A stretch of DNA of 64,000 nt from Escherichia coli (GCF_001677475.2 NZ_CP015229.1), one strand, 5' to 3'. Positions 1 through 11,692 are shown, numbered from the stretch's first letter. Notes: generated by a model not told the origin, from the letters alone. A program made the numbers and translations.

Positions 1-1134
1 TCTGAACTGAACGATCTTCTGACCACCCGTGAGCTACAACGCTGGCGATTAATTCTTGGAGAAGCGGCAGAAACGACGCTTTGTGGGCTGGATGACAACG
101 CCCGGCAGATAGACCACGCGCTGGAGTGGCTGTATGGGCGCGATCCTGAACGGCTCCAGCGTGGTGAACGTTCCGGTGGATTAGGTAGCTCAAATCTCAC
201 CACCCCTGAGTGGATCAACAGTATTCACACGCTGTTTCCGCAACAGGTGATTGAGCGGCTGGAAAGCGATGCCGTACTGCGCTACGGCATTGAAGATGTG
301 GTGACGAATCTCGACGTGCTGGAACGTATGCAGCCTTCTGAAAGCCTGCTACGCGCCGTTTTGCACACCAAACATCTGATGAATCCCGAAGTACTGGCTG
401 CCGCCCGCCGGATAGTGCGCCAGGTTGTTGAAGAAATTATGGCTCGACTGGCAAAGGAAGTTCGTCAGGCTTTTTCTGGTGTCCGCGATCGCCGTCGCCG
501 CTCATTTATTCCACTGGCGCGAAACTTTGATTTCAAAAGTACTCTGCGCGCCAACCTGCAACACTGGCACCCGCAACACGGCAAGTTGTATATCGAATCC
601 CCCCGCTTTAACAGCCGCATTAAACGCCAAAGCGAACAATGGCAACTGGTCTTACTGGTTGATCAAAGCGGCTCGATGGTTGACTCGGTGATCCACTCAG
701 CGGTGATGGCGGCCTGTTTGTGGCAGTTACCCGGCATTCGTACCCATCTGGTGGCGTTTGACACAAGCGTCGTTGATCTCACGGCAGACGTTGCCGATCC
801 GGTAGAACTATTAATGAAAGTACAACTGGGCGGCGGAACCAATATCGCCAGTGCCGTGGAGTATGGTCGGCAACTTATTGAACAACCAGCAAAAAGCGTC
901 ATTATCCTCGTGAGCGATTTTTATGAAGGAGGTTCATCATCATTGCTGACGCATCAGGTGAAAAAATGTGTCCAGAGCGGCATCAAAGTGCTGGGACTGG
1001 CGGCGCTCGATAGCACCGCAACACCTTGCTATGACCGCGATATGGCCCAGGCACTGGTTAATGTCGGTGCACAAATAGCCGCCATGACGCCGGGCGAACT
1101 GGCATCATGGCTGGCGGAGAATCTTCAGTCATGA
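1..1134 (+). CDS. yehP: VWA-domain protein YehP, 5' end cut by window edge (about one codon missing)
   Basis: Frame 1 is open from position 1 to TGA at 1132-1134; ORF-track product matches YehP (vWA-like C-terminus); stop overlaps next start (ATGA). Confidence 0.85.
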   Translation, partial: SELNDLLTTRELQRWRLILGEAAETTLCGLDDNARQIDHALEWLYGRDPERLQRGERSGGLGSSNLTTPEWINSIHTLFPQQVIERLESDAVLRYGIEDVVTNLDVLERMQPSESLLRAVLHTKHLMNPEVLAAARRIVRQVVEEIMARLAKEVRQAFSGVRDRRRRSFIPLARNFDFKSTLRANLQHWHPQHGKLYIESPRFNSRIKRQSEQWQLVLLVDQSGSMVDSVIHSAVMAACLWQLPGIRTHLVAFDTSVVDLTADVADPVELLMKVQLGGGTNIASAVEYGRQLIEQPAKSVIILVSDFYEGGSSSLLTHQVKKCVQSGIKVLGLAALDSTATPCYDRDMAQALVNVGAQIAAMTPGELASWLAENLQS

Positions 1135-3131
1135 ATTCACTACGTCCGGAATTATTAGAACTGACACCGCAGGCGCTGACGGCGTTAAGCAATGCCGGTT
1201 TTGTGAAGCGCAGTCTTAAGGAACTGGAAAATGGCAACGTCCCGGAAATCAGCCATGAGAACGGTGTTTTACTCGCCACGTTCAGTGACGGTGTCCGTAC
1301 CCAACTGGCGAACGGTCAGGCACTGAAAGAGGCTCAGTGCAACTGCGGGGCCAGCGGCATGTGCCGTCATCGCGTGATGCTGGTGTTAAGTTATCAACGA
1401 CTTTGCGCTACCGCCCAGCCCACGGAAAAAGAAGAAGAGTGGGATCCAGCAATCTGGCTGGGAGAGCTGGCAACCCTACCCGATGTCACCCGTAAACGTG
1501 CACAAGCTCTTGTCGCTAAAGGCATCACCATTGAGTTGTTCTGTGCGCCGGGCGAAATTCCCTCTGCCCGCTTACCGATGAGTGATGTGCGTTTTTATTC
1601 CCGCAGCAGCATTCGTTTCGCACGCTGTGATTGTATTGAAGGCACGCTGTGTGAACATGTAGCACTGGCTGTGCAGGCCTTCGTCGAGGCCAAAACTCAG
1701 CAAGCGGAATTTAACCATTTGATCTGGCAGATGCGCAGCGAACACGCCGCATCATCTGACGATCCATTTGCCAGCGAAGAAGGCAAAACGTGTCGTCAAT
1801 ATGTTCAGCAATTAAGTCAGGCATTATGGCTGGGCGGCATCAGCCAGCCGCTTATTCATTACGAGGCTGCTTTCAGCCGCGCGCAGCAAGCGGCGGAACG
1901 CTGCAACTGGCGCTGGGTAAGTGAATCACTACGACAGCTACGGGCAAGCGTTGATGCCTTCCACGCCCGCGCCAGCCACTACCATGCCGGAGAATGCTTA
2001 CGTCAGCTTGCGGCATTAAACAGTCGATTAAATTGCGCACAAGAGATGGCCCGGCGCGACAGTGTTGGTGAAGTTCCTCCCATGCCGTGGCGCACGGTCG
2101 TTGGCGCTGGCATTGCCGGAGAAGCAAAGCTTGATCATCTGCGGCTGGTGTCTTTAGGTATGCGTTGCTGGCAGGATATTGAGCAGTATGGTTTACGCAT
2201 CTGGTTTACCGATCCCGACACCGGCAGTATTTTGCATCTTTCGCGTAGTTGGCCGAGAAGCGAACAGGAAAACTCACCGGCAACGACGCGTCGGCTGTTT
2301 AGTTTTCAGGCTGGCGCACTGGCTGGTGGGCAAATTGTTTCACAAGCAGCAAAACGCAGTGCCGATGGCGAGCTGCTGTTAGCTACCCGCAACCGCTTAA
2401 GCAGCGTTGTGCCGCTGTCGCCAGACGCCTGGCAAATGTTGAGCGCGCCATTGCGCCAGCCGGGCATTGTGGCTTTGCGGGAATATTTACGCCAGCGTCC
2501 CCCCGCCTGCATACGGCCTCTTAATCAGGTGGATAACTTATTTATTCTGCCAGTCGCTGAGTGTATTTCACTCGGTTGGGATAGCAGCCGCCAGACGCTG
2601 GATGCGCAGGTAATCAGCGGCGAAGGTGAAGATAATCTGCTGACGTTATCACTGCCAGCCTCAGCCAGTACGCCTTATGCCGTTGAACGTATGGCGGCGC
2701 TTTTGCAACAAACAGAGGACCCCGTGTGTCTGGTTTCTGGCTTTGTCAGTTTTGTAGAGGGGCAATTGACACTGGAACCACGGGTGATGATGACAAAAAC
2801 CCGCGCCTGGGCGCTGGACGCAGAAACTGCGCCTGTGGCACCGCTACCTTCTGCCAGCGTTTTGCCTGTGCCGTCTACCGCTCATCAGTTGCTGATGCGC
2901 TGCCAGGCGTTACTTATTCAACTGCTCCATAACGGTTGGCGCTATCAGGAACAGAGTGCTATTGGTCAGGCAGAGTTGCTGGCGAATGACCTCACCGCGG
3001 TGGGTTTTTATCGGCTGGCACATGTGTTGGCACAATTTCGTAATACAGAAAGCGAGGCATGGGTAGAAGCAATGAATAACGGTGTTTTACTTTGCGAACA
3101 ATTATTCCCCATGCTTCAGCAACAAGGATGA
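1131..3131 (+). CDS. yehQ: SWIM zinc-finger protein YehQ
   Basis: ATG at 1131 overlapping yehP stop; product has two CxC...CxH SWIM-like motifs (QCNCGASGMCRH, CDCIEGTLCEH); conserved position after yehP. Confidence 0.8.
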   Translation: MNSLRPELLELTPQALTALSNAGFVKRSLKELENGNVPEISHENGVLLATFSDGVRTQLANGQALKEAQCNCGASGMCRHRVMLVLSYQRLCATAQPTEKEEEWDPAIWLGELATLPDVTRKRAQALVAKGITIELFCAPGEIPSARLPMSDVRFYSRSSIRFARCDCIEGTLCEHVALAVQAFVEAKTQQAEFNHLIWQMRSEHAASSDDPFASEEGKTCRQYVQQLSQALWLGGISQPLIHYEAAFSRAQQAAERCNWRWVSESLRQLRASVDAFHARASHYHAGECLRQLAALNSRLNCAQEMARRDSVGEVPPMPWRTVVGAGIAGEAKLDHLRLVSLGMRCWQDIEQYGLRIWFTDPDTGSILHLSRSWPRSEQENSPATTRRLFSFQAGALAGGQIVSQAAKRSADGELLLATRNRLSSVVPLSPDAWQMLSAPLRQPGIVALREYLRQRPPACIRPLNQVDNLFILPVAECISLGWDSSRQTLDAQVISGEGEDNLLTLSLPASASTPYAVERMAALLQQTEDPVCLVSGFVSFVEGQLTLEPRVMMTKTRAWALDAETAPVAPLPSASVLPVPSTAHQLLMRCQALLIQLLHNGWRYQEQSAIGQAELLANDLTAVGFYRLAHVLAQFRNTESEAWVEAMNNGVLLCEQLFPMLQQQG

Positions 3132-3255
3132 AATAGTGCTTTTTACTAAGAGTTCTACTCCAGTTCCGGACTGCTCACGCCACGGCATTAGGCATATCCT
3201 ATATAGCCCCTGGTGAGAGTCACCAGTTTCTTGATTAAATAAAATGGAGTTTTAC

Positions 3256-3717
3256 ATGAAGGCTTTCAATAAGCTGTTTTCCCTCGTTGTTGCATCTGTT
3301 CTGGTTTTCTCTCTTGCTGGCTGCGGTGACAAAGAAGAATCGAAGAAATTCAGCGCCAATCTGAACGGCACTGAAATTGCCATTACCTATGTCTACAAAG
3401 GTGACAAGGTGCTTAAGCAATCTTCTGAAACCAAAATTCAATTTGCCTCCATAGGTGCTACCACCAAAGAAGATGCTGCCAGGGCACTTGAGCCGTTAAG
3501 CGCCAAATACAAAAACATCGCGGGTGTTGAAGAAAAATTAACCTATACCGATACCTACGCGCAGGAAAACGTGACTATCGATATGGAAAAAGTGGATTTT
3601 AAAGCCCTGCAGGGTATTTCAGGAATCAACGTTTCTGCTGAAGATGCCAAAAAAGGTATCACTATGGCGCAAATGGAACTGGTGATGAAAGCCGCTGGTT
3701 TCAAAGAAGTGAAATAA
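3256..3717 (+). CDS. yehR: Lipoprotein YehR (DUF1307)
   Basis: Signal peptide with lipobox LAGC; internal ATG at 3256 chosen over ORF-track start 3244. Confidence 0.8.
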   Translation: MKAFNKLFSLVVASVLVFSLAGCGDKEESKKFSANLNGTEIAITYVYKGDKVLKQSSETKIQFASIGATTKEDAARALEPLSAKYKNIAGVEEKLTYTDTYAQENVTIDMEKVDFKALQGISGINVSAEDAKKGITMAQMELVMKAAGFKEVK

Positions 3718-3722
3718 TCTGT

Positions 3723-3748
3723 CGGCGGCCATGTTTCGCATGGCCGCC
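3723..3748. terminator. GC-rich hairpin between convergent yehR and yehS, likely bidirectional terminator
   Basis: Inverted repeat cggcggccatg / catggccgcc with 5-nt loop immediately after yehR stop. Confidence 0.45.
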
Positions 3749-3757
3749 ATACCCGTC

Positions 3758-4228
3758 TTAGCTTTTCTTCACATGCTGGCGCGCTGCCAGTCCACGCAGA
3801 AAATAACGTAAAAATTGATCGCCGCATTCGCGGAAGTTTTTATGATCCGGTGCGCGCATCATCGCCGTAATTTCCGGCATCGAAACGCGGAACTGCTGTT
3901 CGGTGAGGATCGCCAGAATGTCATCGGTTTTCAGCGAAAACGCGATGCGTAATTTTTTCAGCACGATGTTGTTATTAATGCGACGTTCCGGTTCCAGTGC
4001 CGGAGCAGACTCATCCTTGCCGCGTTTTTCATAAATCAGGCCATTGAGGAATGACGACAAAACAATGTCCGGACAACGCTGAAAACCCTCTTCGTCTTCT
4101 TTACGTAGCCAGACGGCGATCTGTTCCGCGGTGGCTTCGACATTACCCAGCGCCAGAATACGAACCAGGTCATTATTATTGGCTTTCAAAATGTAGCGCA
4201 CGCTGCGCAGAATATCGTTACTTAGCAT
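3758..4228 (-). CDS. yehS: DUF1456 protein YehS
   Basis: ORF-track 175 aa trimmed to internal ATG (MLSNDILRSV...) giving 156 aa. Confidence 0.8.
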   Translation of the reverse strand: MLSNDILRSVRYILKANNNDLVRILALGNVEATAEQIAVWLRKEDEEGFQRCPDIVLSSFLNGLIYEKRGKDESAPALEPERRINNNIVLKKLRIAFSLKTDDILAILTEQQFRVSMPEITAMMRAPDHKNFRECGDQFLRYFLRGLAARQHVKKS

Positions 4229-4274
4229 GAGGCCTTCAGGTGTTGATGAGGCAAAAAGCCATTTTAGCAGTCTT

Positions 4275-4994
4275 TTACAGGCCAATCGCCTCTTTTAAGC
4301 TTTTCAGATAACGGCGGCTGACCGGCACGGTTAAGCCATTACGCAAAATCAACTCGGCCTGGCCGTTATCTTCCAGACGAATCTCCTGTAAATGCGCGAG
4401 GTTAACCAGATACTGACGATGGCAGCGCAGTAGTGGTGTACGACTCTCCAGGGTACGTAATGTCAATTCGGTAAAGCCCTCTTTCCCTTCGTGGCTGGTA
4501 ACGTAGACACCGCTCATCCGACTGCTGACAAATGCCACATCTCTCATTTGCAGCAAATAAATCCGACTATGCCCCGTACAAGGGATAAATTTCAGCGCCT
4601 GTTGATTTTCCGGTAACAGCGAAACATCCTGCTTGCTGCGTTCCTGACGCAAACGCGCCAGCGTTTTCTCCAGTCGAGCTTCATCAATTGGCTTCAGCAG
4701 ATAGTCAAAGGCATGTTCTTCAAAGGCTTTAATAGCGTATTCGTCAAACGCGGTGAGAAAAACAATATACGGACGATGTTCCGGGTCGAGCATCCCCACC
4801 ATTTCCAGACCACTGATGCGCGGCATCTGGATATCGAGAAACAGCACATCCGGGCGCAGTTTATGCACCGCGCCGATCCCTTCCACGGCGTTTGAACACT
4901 CACCAACGATTTCAATATCGCTCTGCTCCTGCAAAAATACGCGCAGGTTCTCCCGTGCTAACGGTTCATCATCGACAATTAAGACTTTAATCAT
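4275..4994 (-). CDS. btsR: LytTR-family response regulator BtsR (YehT)
   Basis: Receiver domain ([11 protein letters not shown]...) plus LytTR C-terminus; start ATG at 4994 overlaps btsS stop. Confidence 0.85.
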   Translation of the reverse strand: MIKVLIVDDEPLARENLRVFLQEQSDIEIVGECSNAVEGIGAVHKLRPDVLFLDIQMPRISGLEMVGMLDPEHRPYIVFLTAFDEYAIKAFEEHAFDYLLKPIDEARLEKTLARLRQERSKQDVSLLPENQQALKFIPCTGHSRIYLLQMRDVAFVSSRMSGVYVTSHEGKEGFTELTLRTLESRTPLLRCHRQYLVNLAHLQEIRLEDNGQAELILRNGLTVPVSRRYLKSLKEAIGL

Positions 4995-6676
4995 GCCTCG
5001 TCCCTCCATGGTAGTCGTAACGTTATTCGGGTGTAACTATCAGGCTCACAGGCGACGCTTATCCCATAGTCATCGCCAAACCGTTCACGTAAACGCTTAT
5101 CCACCAGATTCATCCCCAGCCCACTGGCATTGGTTACCGGTTGATACAAACCGGCATTGTCTTCGATCTCCAGCATCAAATGTTGCCCCTCACGTCGGGC
5201 GCTGATTGCCACTCGCCCTGTATCCAGCAGTTGTGATGTCCCATGTTTAATGGCGTTTTCCACTATCGGTTGCAGGGTAAACGCGGGCAATTGCTGCCGG
5301 GATAATTCCTCCGGAATAGCAATGTTGACCTGCAACCGTGACTGGAAGCGCGCCTTTTCAATTTGCAGATAAGCGTTCACATGTTCAATTTCGTCGGCGA
5401 GAGTAACAAACTCCGAAGGCCGCTTTAAGTTTTTGCGGAAAAAAGTGGAAAGATACTGCACCAGCTGGCTGGCCTGTTCGCTGTCGCGACGGATCACCGC
5501 TTTAATGGTGTTAAGCGCATTAAACAAAAAATGGGGGTTCACCTGGGCGTGAAGCAGTTTGATCTCTGACTGGGTGAGCATCGCTTTTTGCCGCTCATAT
5601 TGCCCGGCAAGGATCTGCGCCGAAAGCAGTTGCGCAATCCCCTCGCCCAGCGTGCGGTTGATTGAACTGAATAAACGGTTTTTGGCTTCATACAATTTGA
5701 TGGTGCCCATCACCCGCTGATTTTCACCACGCAACGGAATTACCAGCGTCGACCCCAGTTTGCATTGCGGATGCAAAGAGCAACGATAAGGTACTTCGTT
5801 GCCATCAGCGTAGACCACTTCACCGGTTTCAATCGCTTTTAAGGTGTAAGTCGAAGAAATCGGTTTGCCGGGTAAATGGTGATCGTCACCAATTCCGGTA
5901 AAGGCCAGCAATTTCTCTCGATCGGTAATCGCGACTGCACCAATATCCAGCTCCTGATACAGCACCTGTGCCACTTTCATGCTGTTCACTTCGTTAAACC
6001 CCTGGCGCAAAATGCCTTCCGTCGAGGCCGCCACTTTCAGCGCAGTGGCAGAAAAAGCTGAAGTGTATTTTTCAAACATCGCGCGTTTATCGAGCAATAT
6101 ACGCATAAACAGCGCCGCGCCGACGGTATTGGTGACCATCATTGGCGCAGCAATATTACTCACCAGACGCACCGCATCTTCATAAGGTCGGGCGATTGCC
6201 AGGATGATCAACATTTGCACCATTTCAGCGACGAACGTGACGGCACCGGCGGTAATGGGGTTAAAGACTTTATCAGTGCGCCCGCGACGGATCAGGATGC
6301 TGTGTACCAGGCCGCCGAGCAATCCTTCAACGATGGTCGAGATCATGCAACTTAGCGCGGTCATGCCCCCCATCGAATATCGATGTAACCCGCCGGTCAG
6401 GCCAACCAGCCCACCGACGACCGGACCGCCGAGTAAGCCGCCCATTACCGCGCCTATCGCACGGGTATTGGCAATAGAATCGTCAATGTGCAACCCAAAC
6501 CAGGTGCCCATGATGCAGAAGATGGAAAAGACGATGTAGCAGAGAAATTTATGCGGCAGACGAACCGTGACCTGCATTAACGGTATGAATAATGGCGTTT
6601 TACTCATTAACCACGCAATGACTAAAAAAACGCACATCTGCTGAAGCAGCAGCAACACCAGATTAAAATCGTACAT
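4991..6676 (-). CDS. btsS: Sensor histidine kinase BtsS (YehU), LytS family
   Basis: 561-aa membrane histidine kinase with 5TM-LytS, GAF and HATPase regions; start trimmed to [10 protein letters not shown]. Confidence 0.85.
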   Translation of the reverse strand: MYDFNLVLLLLQQMCVFLVIAWLMSKTPLFIPLMQVTVRLPHKFLCYIVFSIFCIMGTWFGLHIDDSIANTRAIGAVMGGLLGGPVVGGLVGLTGGLHRYSMGGMTALSCMISTIVEGLLGGLVHSILIRRGRTDKVFNPITAGAVTFVAEMVQMLIILAIARPYEDAVRLVSNIAAPMMVTNTVGAALFMRILLDKRAMFEKYTSAFSATALKVAASTEGILRQGFNEVNSMKVAQVLYQELDIGAVAITDREKLLAFTGIGDDHHLPGKPISSTYTLKAIETGEVVYADGNEVPYRCSLHPQCKLGSTLVIPLRGENQRVMGTIKLYEAKNRLFSSINRTLGEGIAQLLSAQILAGQYERQKAMLTQSEIKLLHAQVNPHFLFNALNTIKAVIRRDSEQASQLVQYLSTFFRKNLKRPSEFVTLADEIEHVNAYLQIEKARFQSRLQVNIAIPEELSRQQLPAFTLQPIVENAIKHGTSQLLDTGRVAISARREGQHLMLEIEDNAGLYQPVTNASGLGMNLVDKRLRERFGDDYGISVACEPDSYTRITLRLPWRDEA

Positions 6677-6897
6677 ACCCGCAAACCACACTTCCCTTTA
6701 AAACGCGTAACATACATTGCCTGCGTTTAACTTTCTTTGAACTCTTGCAGAAAAATGAGAATTCGTGAGTACGATCACTCAAAATCGCCTGGCAAAAATA
6801 AAATCACCCTATAAATGCACAAAAAACGGGCAAAACTACCTGGTTCGCAAAACTGCGTCTAAAGTTAAACCGGGACCTCGCGAGCAAGGGTGAGACG

Positions 6898-7629
6898 ATG
6901 GCGCTTTACACAATTGGTGAAGTGGCGTTGCTTTGTGATATTAACCCTGTCACGTTACGCGCGTGGCAGAGGCGTTACGGATTGCTGAAACCGCAACGGA
7001 CAGACGGCGGTCATCGGCTGTTCAACGATGCCGATATTGACCGTATCCGCGAGATCAAACGCTGGATCGACAACGGCGTGCAGGTCAGCAAAGTTAAAAT
7101 GCTGCTCAGTAATGAAAATGTTGATGTGCAGAACGGCTGGCGCGATCAGCAAGAAACATTACTGACCTACCTGCAAAGCGGCAATCTGCATAGCCTGCGA
7201 ACGTGGATCAAAGAGCGCGGTCAGGATTACCCCGCCCAGACACTCACCACACATCTGTTTATTCCTCTGCGCCGACGGCTTCAGTGCCAACAACCGACTC
7301 TCCAGGCGCTGCTGGCGATCCTCGACGGCGTACTGATCAACTACATCGCCATTTGTCTGGCTTCGGCACGTAAAAAACAGGGTAAAGATGCGCTGGTGGT
7401 TGGCTGGAATATTCAGGATACCACCCGTCTGTGGCTGGAGGGCTGGATTGCCAGTCAACAAGGATGGCGCATTGATGTCCTCGCCCACTCGCTCAATCAA
7501 CTACGCCCTGAACTATTCGAAGGCCGTACATTGCTGGTGTGGTGCGGTGAAAATCGAACCTCCGCCCAACAGCAGCAACTCACCAGTTGGCAAGAACAAG
7601 GCCATGATATTTTCCCACTCGGCATTTAA
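6898..7629 (+). CDS. mlrA: MerR-family transcriptional regulator MlrA (YehV)
   Basis: 243-aa product with N-terminal MerR HTH (MALYTIGEVALLCDINPVTLRAWQRRYGLL). Confidence 0.85.
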   Translation: MALYTIGEVALLCDINPVTLRAWQRRYGLLKPQRTDGGHRLFNDADIDRIREIKRWIDNGVQVSKVKMLLSNENVDVQNGWRDQQETLLTYLQSGNLHSLRTWIKERGQDYPAQTLTTHLFIPLRRRLQCQQPTLQALLAILDGVLINYIAICLASARKKQGKDALVVGWNIQDTTRLWLEGWIASQQGWRIDVLAHSLNQLRPELFEGRTLLVWCGENRTSAQQQQLTSWQEQGHDIFPLGI

Positions 7630-7688
7630 TGATTCGTTAACAAATGCGCTTTACTGTACAATCCTTTCGTTAACATAAGGAGTGCATT

Positions 7689-7796
7689 ATGCGCATAGCT
7701 AAAATTGGGGTCATCGCCCTGTTCCTGTTTATGGCGTTAGGCGGAATTGGTGGCGTCATGCTCGCAGGTTATACCTTTATTTTGCGTGCTGGCTAA
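7689..7796 (+). CDS. yohO: Small membrane protein YohO (35 aa)
   Basis: ATG preceded by TAAGGAG; encodes [35 protein letters not shown]; not in ORF track because shorter than its cutoff. Confidence 0.6.
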
Positions 7797-8508
7797 GCGC
7801 CTGCACCAGCCTTTCAAACAGGCGGTCTGCGATGATCGCCGCCAGTGCCACCAGTAACGCCCCCTGGATCACATACGCGGTATTAAATCCGCTAAGCCCG
7901 ATGATGATGGGCGTACCCAGCGTGCTGGCCCCTACCGTTGAGGCGATCGTCGCCGTACCAATGTTGATAATCACCGAAGTTCGCACGCCCGCCAGAATCA
8001 CCGGAGCCGCCAGCGGTAGCTCGACCTTACGCAGTCGCTGACCACGACTCATTCCCATACCTTTCGCAACTTCTGTCACGCTGGCATCAATCGCTCCCAG
8101 CCCGGCAAGTGTCGCCTGCAGGACGGGCAGCACACCATAAAGGATCAAGGCGATAATCGCTGGTTGCAGACCAAAGCCGATCACCGGAACAGCAATCGCC
8201 AGCACTGCGACAGGCGGAAAAGTCTGCCCAACGGCGGCAATAGTTTCCACCAGTGGGCGAAATTCCGCGCCCCACGGGCGAGTGACTGCAATTCCGGCAC
8301 CAGTGCCAATGATCACCGCAAACAAACTCGAAATTCCCACCAGCCAGAAATGAGCCAGTGCCAGAGCCGCAAAACTTTCTTGCTGATAAACGGGTCGTGG
8401 CAGTTGTGGGAACAAGGCAGCAAACAGCGGCTGGCTGTAAGGCAGCCAGAAAATCAGTGCCACAAACAAAGCAATGAGCCAGAACAGCGGATCGCGCAAC
8501 ATCTTCAT
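7777..8508 (-). CDS. yehW: Osmoprotectant ABC transporter permease YehW
   Basis: 243-aa polytopic permease, first gene after osmF-yehY-yehX in operon order. Confidence 0.85.
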
Positions 8509-8512
8509 ACGC

Positions 8513-9439
8513 TTACGCCTCCTCCAGCAGATCCTGAAAATGCAGCGTGCCGCAAGGCTGGCCCTGCGTGTTCACCACCGGCAGCACCTCGCATCCCCGC
8601 GCGACAAACAGAGAGAGCGCATCGCGTAGCGTCATCTCTTCTGCCAGTGCCTCACCTTCTGCTCGTTCTTCGCGACGCACGTAATCCGCCACACTACGTA
8701 ACGAAAGCAGGCGCACACCCAGTTCACTACGTCCAAAAAACTGGCGGACAAAATCATTCGCCGGACGAGTCAGCATCGTCAGCGGACTGCCCTGCTGCAC
8801 CACTTCACCGCGATCCATCAACACCAGATGTTCAGCCAGCCGTAGCGCCTCATCAATATCATGAGTGACCAGCACAATAGTGCGCCCCAGCAAACGGTGA
8901 ATGCGCGTCATCTCTTGTTGCAACGCGCCGCGCGTTACCGGGTCCAGTGCGCCAAAAGGTTCATCCATCAGTAAGACTTGCGGATCGGCAGCCAGTGCGC
9001 GCGCCACTCCCACACGTTGCTGCTGACCACCGGAAAGCTGATGCGGATAACGCTCACGCAAATTTGACTCCAGCCCCAGTAGCGCCATTAATTCGTCGAT
9101 ACGATCGTCAATCCGCGCCCGCGACCATTTTTGCAATTGCGGCACGGTAGCGATGTTTTGCGCCACGCTCCAGTGGGGAAACAGGCCAATAGATTGAATG
9201 GCATAGCCCATCCGGCGGCGCAACTCCAGTACTGGCAGCGAGCGAATTTCTTCTCCGGCAAAGCGGATCACGCCGCTGTCATGCTCCACCAGGCGGTTAA
9301 TCATTTTCAGGGTGGTGGATTTGCCGGAGCCAGATGTGCCAATCAGCACCGAAAAACTCCCTTCCTGAAAATTGAGATTGAGATCGTTAACGGCTTTTTG
9401 TGCGCCGAACAGTTTGCTGACATGGCTAAATTCAATCAT
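8513..9439 (-). CDS. yehX: Osmoprotectant ABC transporter ATP-binding protein YehX
   Basis: Walker [13 protein letters not shown] signature [10 protein letters not shown]-terminal CBS-like region. Confidence 0.9.
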   Translation of the reverse strand: MIEFSHVSKLFGAQKAVNDLNLNFQEGSFSVLIGTSGSGKSTTLKMINRLVEHDSGVIRFAGEEIRSLPVLELRRRMGYAIQSIGLFPHWSVAQNIATVPQLQKWSRARIDDRIDELMALLGLESNLRERYPHQLSGGQQQRVGVARALAADPQVLLMDEPFGALDPVTRGALQQEMTRIHRLLGRTIVLVTHDIDEALRLAEHLVLMDRGEVVQQGSPLTMLTRPANDFVRQFFGRSELGVRLLSLRSVADYVRREERAEGEALAEEMTLRDALSLFVARGCEVLPVVNTQGQPCGTLHFQDLLEEA

Positions 9440-10589
9440 TACGTTTCACCTTCAGCAGTGCGATAAGCAAATCGAACAGCGCGTCGGTAAGCACCGCCAG
9501 AACAATTACCGGGATCACCCCGAGCAACACTAAATCAATGGCGCTGCTTAGCAGCCCCTGGAAAACCAGCGCACCAAAACCGCCTGCGCCGATTAACGCC
9601 GCAATCACCGCCATACCTACAGTTTGCACCATCACCACCCGCAGGCTGCGCAGAAATACCGGTAACGCCAGTGGTAACTGAACATGCAGAAAACGCTGCG
9701 CCCCGCTCATGCCCATCACTCTGGCGCTCTCCAGCACATCGCGCGGGATCTGGTTCAAACCGACTACCACGCCGCGCACCAGCGGCAGCAAGGCATAGAG
9801 CACCAGCGCAATCAGTGCGGGTGTCATTCCGGTTCCTGCTATGCCGAGCTTCCCCAGCCACGGAAAGGCCGTAACCAGCGCGGCAAGCGGCGCAATCAAC
9901 AGGCCAAAGAGCGCCACCGAAGGCACGGTCTGAATGACATTGAGCAGAGAAAAAATCGCCCCCTGCCGCGCAGTGGAAAAGTAGCACCAGATGCCCAATG
10001 GCACACCAATCACTAACGCAGGCAGCACCGCACCAAACAGCAACGTCAGATGTTGCGCCAGCGCGTCGTCAAACACATCCTGACGGTTGACGTACTCTTT
10101 CATTAGCGAGAGATCGTTAAGCGCGCCGGAGTACAGCAACCACAGCGGAATGATGGCAATCTGCATATGCAACAACCAGCGCCACAGCGGATGCGTGGAG
10201 ATTCGGCGGATGGCATCACTACAGGCCAGCAATGCCAGCGCCATAGCCAACCAGAAACCACTGCCGAGGCTGGTACGCGCCAGCGCACTACCATTTTGCG
10301 CCAGTTGTGTCGCCGCCTTTCCAGCTCCCCACACCAGCAATACGAAGACGAATTGCGCCAGAATGAGTGCAAAAATGCTGCCTTTTTTAGCGGGAATAAA
10401 ACAGGCTGTCAGCCAGGCGCAACCAACGCCCACCAGCATCCAGATCGTTTGCGGCCACAGTTGCCAGAGATGACGCCCTTCACCCGAGACTAAACGATTA
10501 GGCGCGTAACTGATAAACGGCAGCGCCGCTGCGATTGCCGTCAGCAACAGCAGCAGCGCCAGAACAGGATTAATACGTAGATAAGTCAC
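9432..10589 (-). CDS. yehY: Osmoprotectant ABC transporter permease YehY
   Basis: 385-aa polytopic permease; GTG start at 10589; overlaps yehX start. Confidence 0.85.
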   Translation of the reverse strand: MTYLRINPVLALLLLLTAIAAALPFISYAPNRLVSGEGRHLWQLWPQTIWMLVGVGCAWLTACFIPAKKGSIFALILAQFVFVLLVWGAGKAATQLAQNGSALARTSLGSGFWLAMALALLACSDAIRRISTHPLWRWLLHMQIAIIPLWLLYSGALNDLSLMKEYVNRQDVFDDALAQHLTLLFGAVLPALVIGVPLGIWCYFSTARQGAIFSLLNVIQTVPSVALFGLLIAPLAALVTAFPWLGKLGIAGTGMTPALIALVLYALLPLVRGVVVGLNQIPRDVLESARVMGMSGAQRFLHVQLPLALPVFLRSLRVVMVQTVGMAVIAALIGAGGFGALVFQGLLSSAIDLVLLGVIPVIVLAVLTDALFDLLIALLKVKRND

Positions 10590-10595
10590 GGGAAA

Positions 10596-11513
10596 TTACT
10601 TCGTCCACCCTTTTTGTTTCAGGTAGTCGGCAGCCACTTTTTTGGCATCCAGTCCTTCCACTGCAATGCTGGCATTCAGTTGCTGCAATGTTTTTTCATC
10701 GAGGCTGGCGAAGACTGGCTGTAGCCACTGTGCCATTTGCGGATACTCCTTCAACACCGATTCACGCACCACTGGTGCAGGCGCGTAGATAGGTTGCACG
10801 CCTTGCGGATCGCTTAAGGTTTGCAGCCCCAGCGCCGCGACCGGACCGTCAGTGCCGTAAGCCATTGCGGCATTAACGCCAGAAGTTTGCTGGGCAGCGG
10901 CTTTAATCGTTACCGCCGTGTCGCCGCCAGCCAGTGACAGTAACTGATCCTGACCGAGCTTAAAGTCATAGGCTTTTTCAAAAGCGGGTAAGGCATCGGC
11001 GCGTTCGATAAACTCTGCCGAGGCTGCCAGTTTGAAGGTGCCGCCCTCTTTCAGATAACGACTCAGGTCGGCAAGCGAAGTGAGTTTGTTTTTCTCTGCC
11101 ACATCCTGACGCACGGCGATGGTCCAGGTGTTATTCGCAGGTGCGGGCGTCAGCCAGATTAACTTGTTTTGCTCTGCATCGAGTTTTTTGACTTTCTCGT
11201 AACCCTGTCCGGCATTTTTCCACGCTGCATCGTTTTCATCTTTAAAGAAGAAAGCGCCATTGCCGGTATATTCCGGATAGATATCCAGTTCACCGGAAGT
11301 AATCGCTCCGCGAACCACAGGAGTCGTTCCGAGTTGCACTTTATTGACCGTCGGTACGCCGTGGCTTTCGAGTACCTGCAAGATGATGTTGCCGAGTAGC
11401 GCGCCTTCGGTATCGATTTTTGAACCGACTTTAACGGGGGAAGCCGCGTGCAGCGGCAGGCTCACGGCTGCCAACAAAACCAGTGAACCTGCCCAGACCT
11501 TTGAGAGTGGCAT
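10596..11513 (-). CDS. osmF: Periplasmic glycine betaine-binding protein OsmF (YehZ)
   Basis: 305 aa with signal peptide, substrate-binding fold, first gene of yehZYXW operon. Confidence 0.85.
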   Translation of the reverse strand: MPLSKVWAGSLVLLAAVSLPLHAASPVKVGSKIDTEGALLGNIILQVLESHGVPTVNKVQLGTTPVVRGAITSGELDIYPEYTGNGAFFFKDENDAAWKNAGQGYEKVKKLDAEQNKLIWLTPAPANNTWTIAVRQDVAEKNKLTSLADLSRYLKEGGTFKLAASAEFIERADALPAFEKAYDFKLGQDQLLSLAGGDTAVTIKAAAQQTSGVNAAMAYGTDGPVAALGLQTLSDPQGVQPIYAPAPVVRESVLKEYPQMAQWLQPVFASLDEKTLQQLNASIAVEGLDAKKVAADYLKQKGWTK

Positions 11514-11641
11514 GATGCTTTCCTCATTCTTTTACTGTTGTTTTCAGCGAATTAAGAGAAAAGCATAGTTGATAATGGCGGGGTTAGCCTGACTGGGCGG
11601 ATTCAGTTGCAGAATCAGATAAATACTTAAGAGGCATATTC

Positions 11642-11692
11642 GGTCCGGCCTTTCCTGCCGGATGCGGCGCGAGCGCCTTATCCGGCCTACAA
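11642..11692. repeat. REP (repetitive extragenic palindrome) element
   Basis: gccggatgcggcgcgagcgccttatccggcctac matches E. coli REP consensus in osmF-bglX intergenic region. Confidence 0.6.

Noticed and set aside
8164-8868. 234-aa plus-strand ORF spanning the yehW/yehX junction
   Set aside because: Antisense to two well-supported ABC transporter genes; composition unlike a real protein
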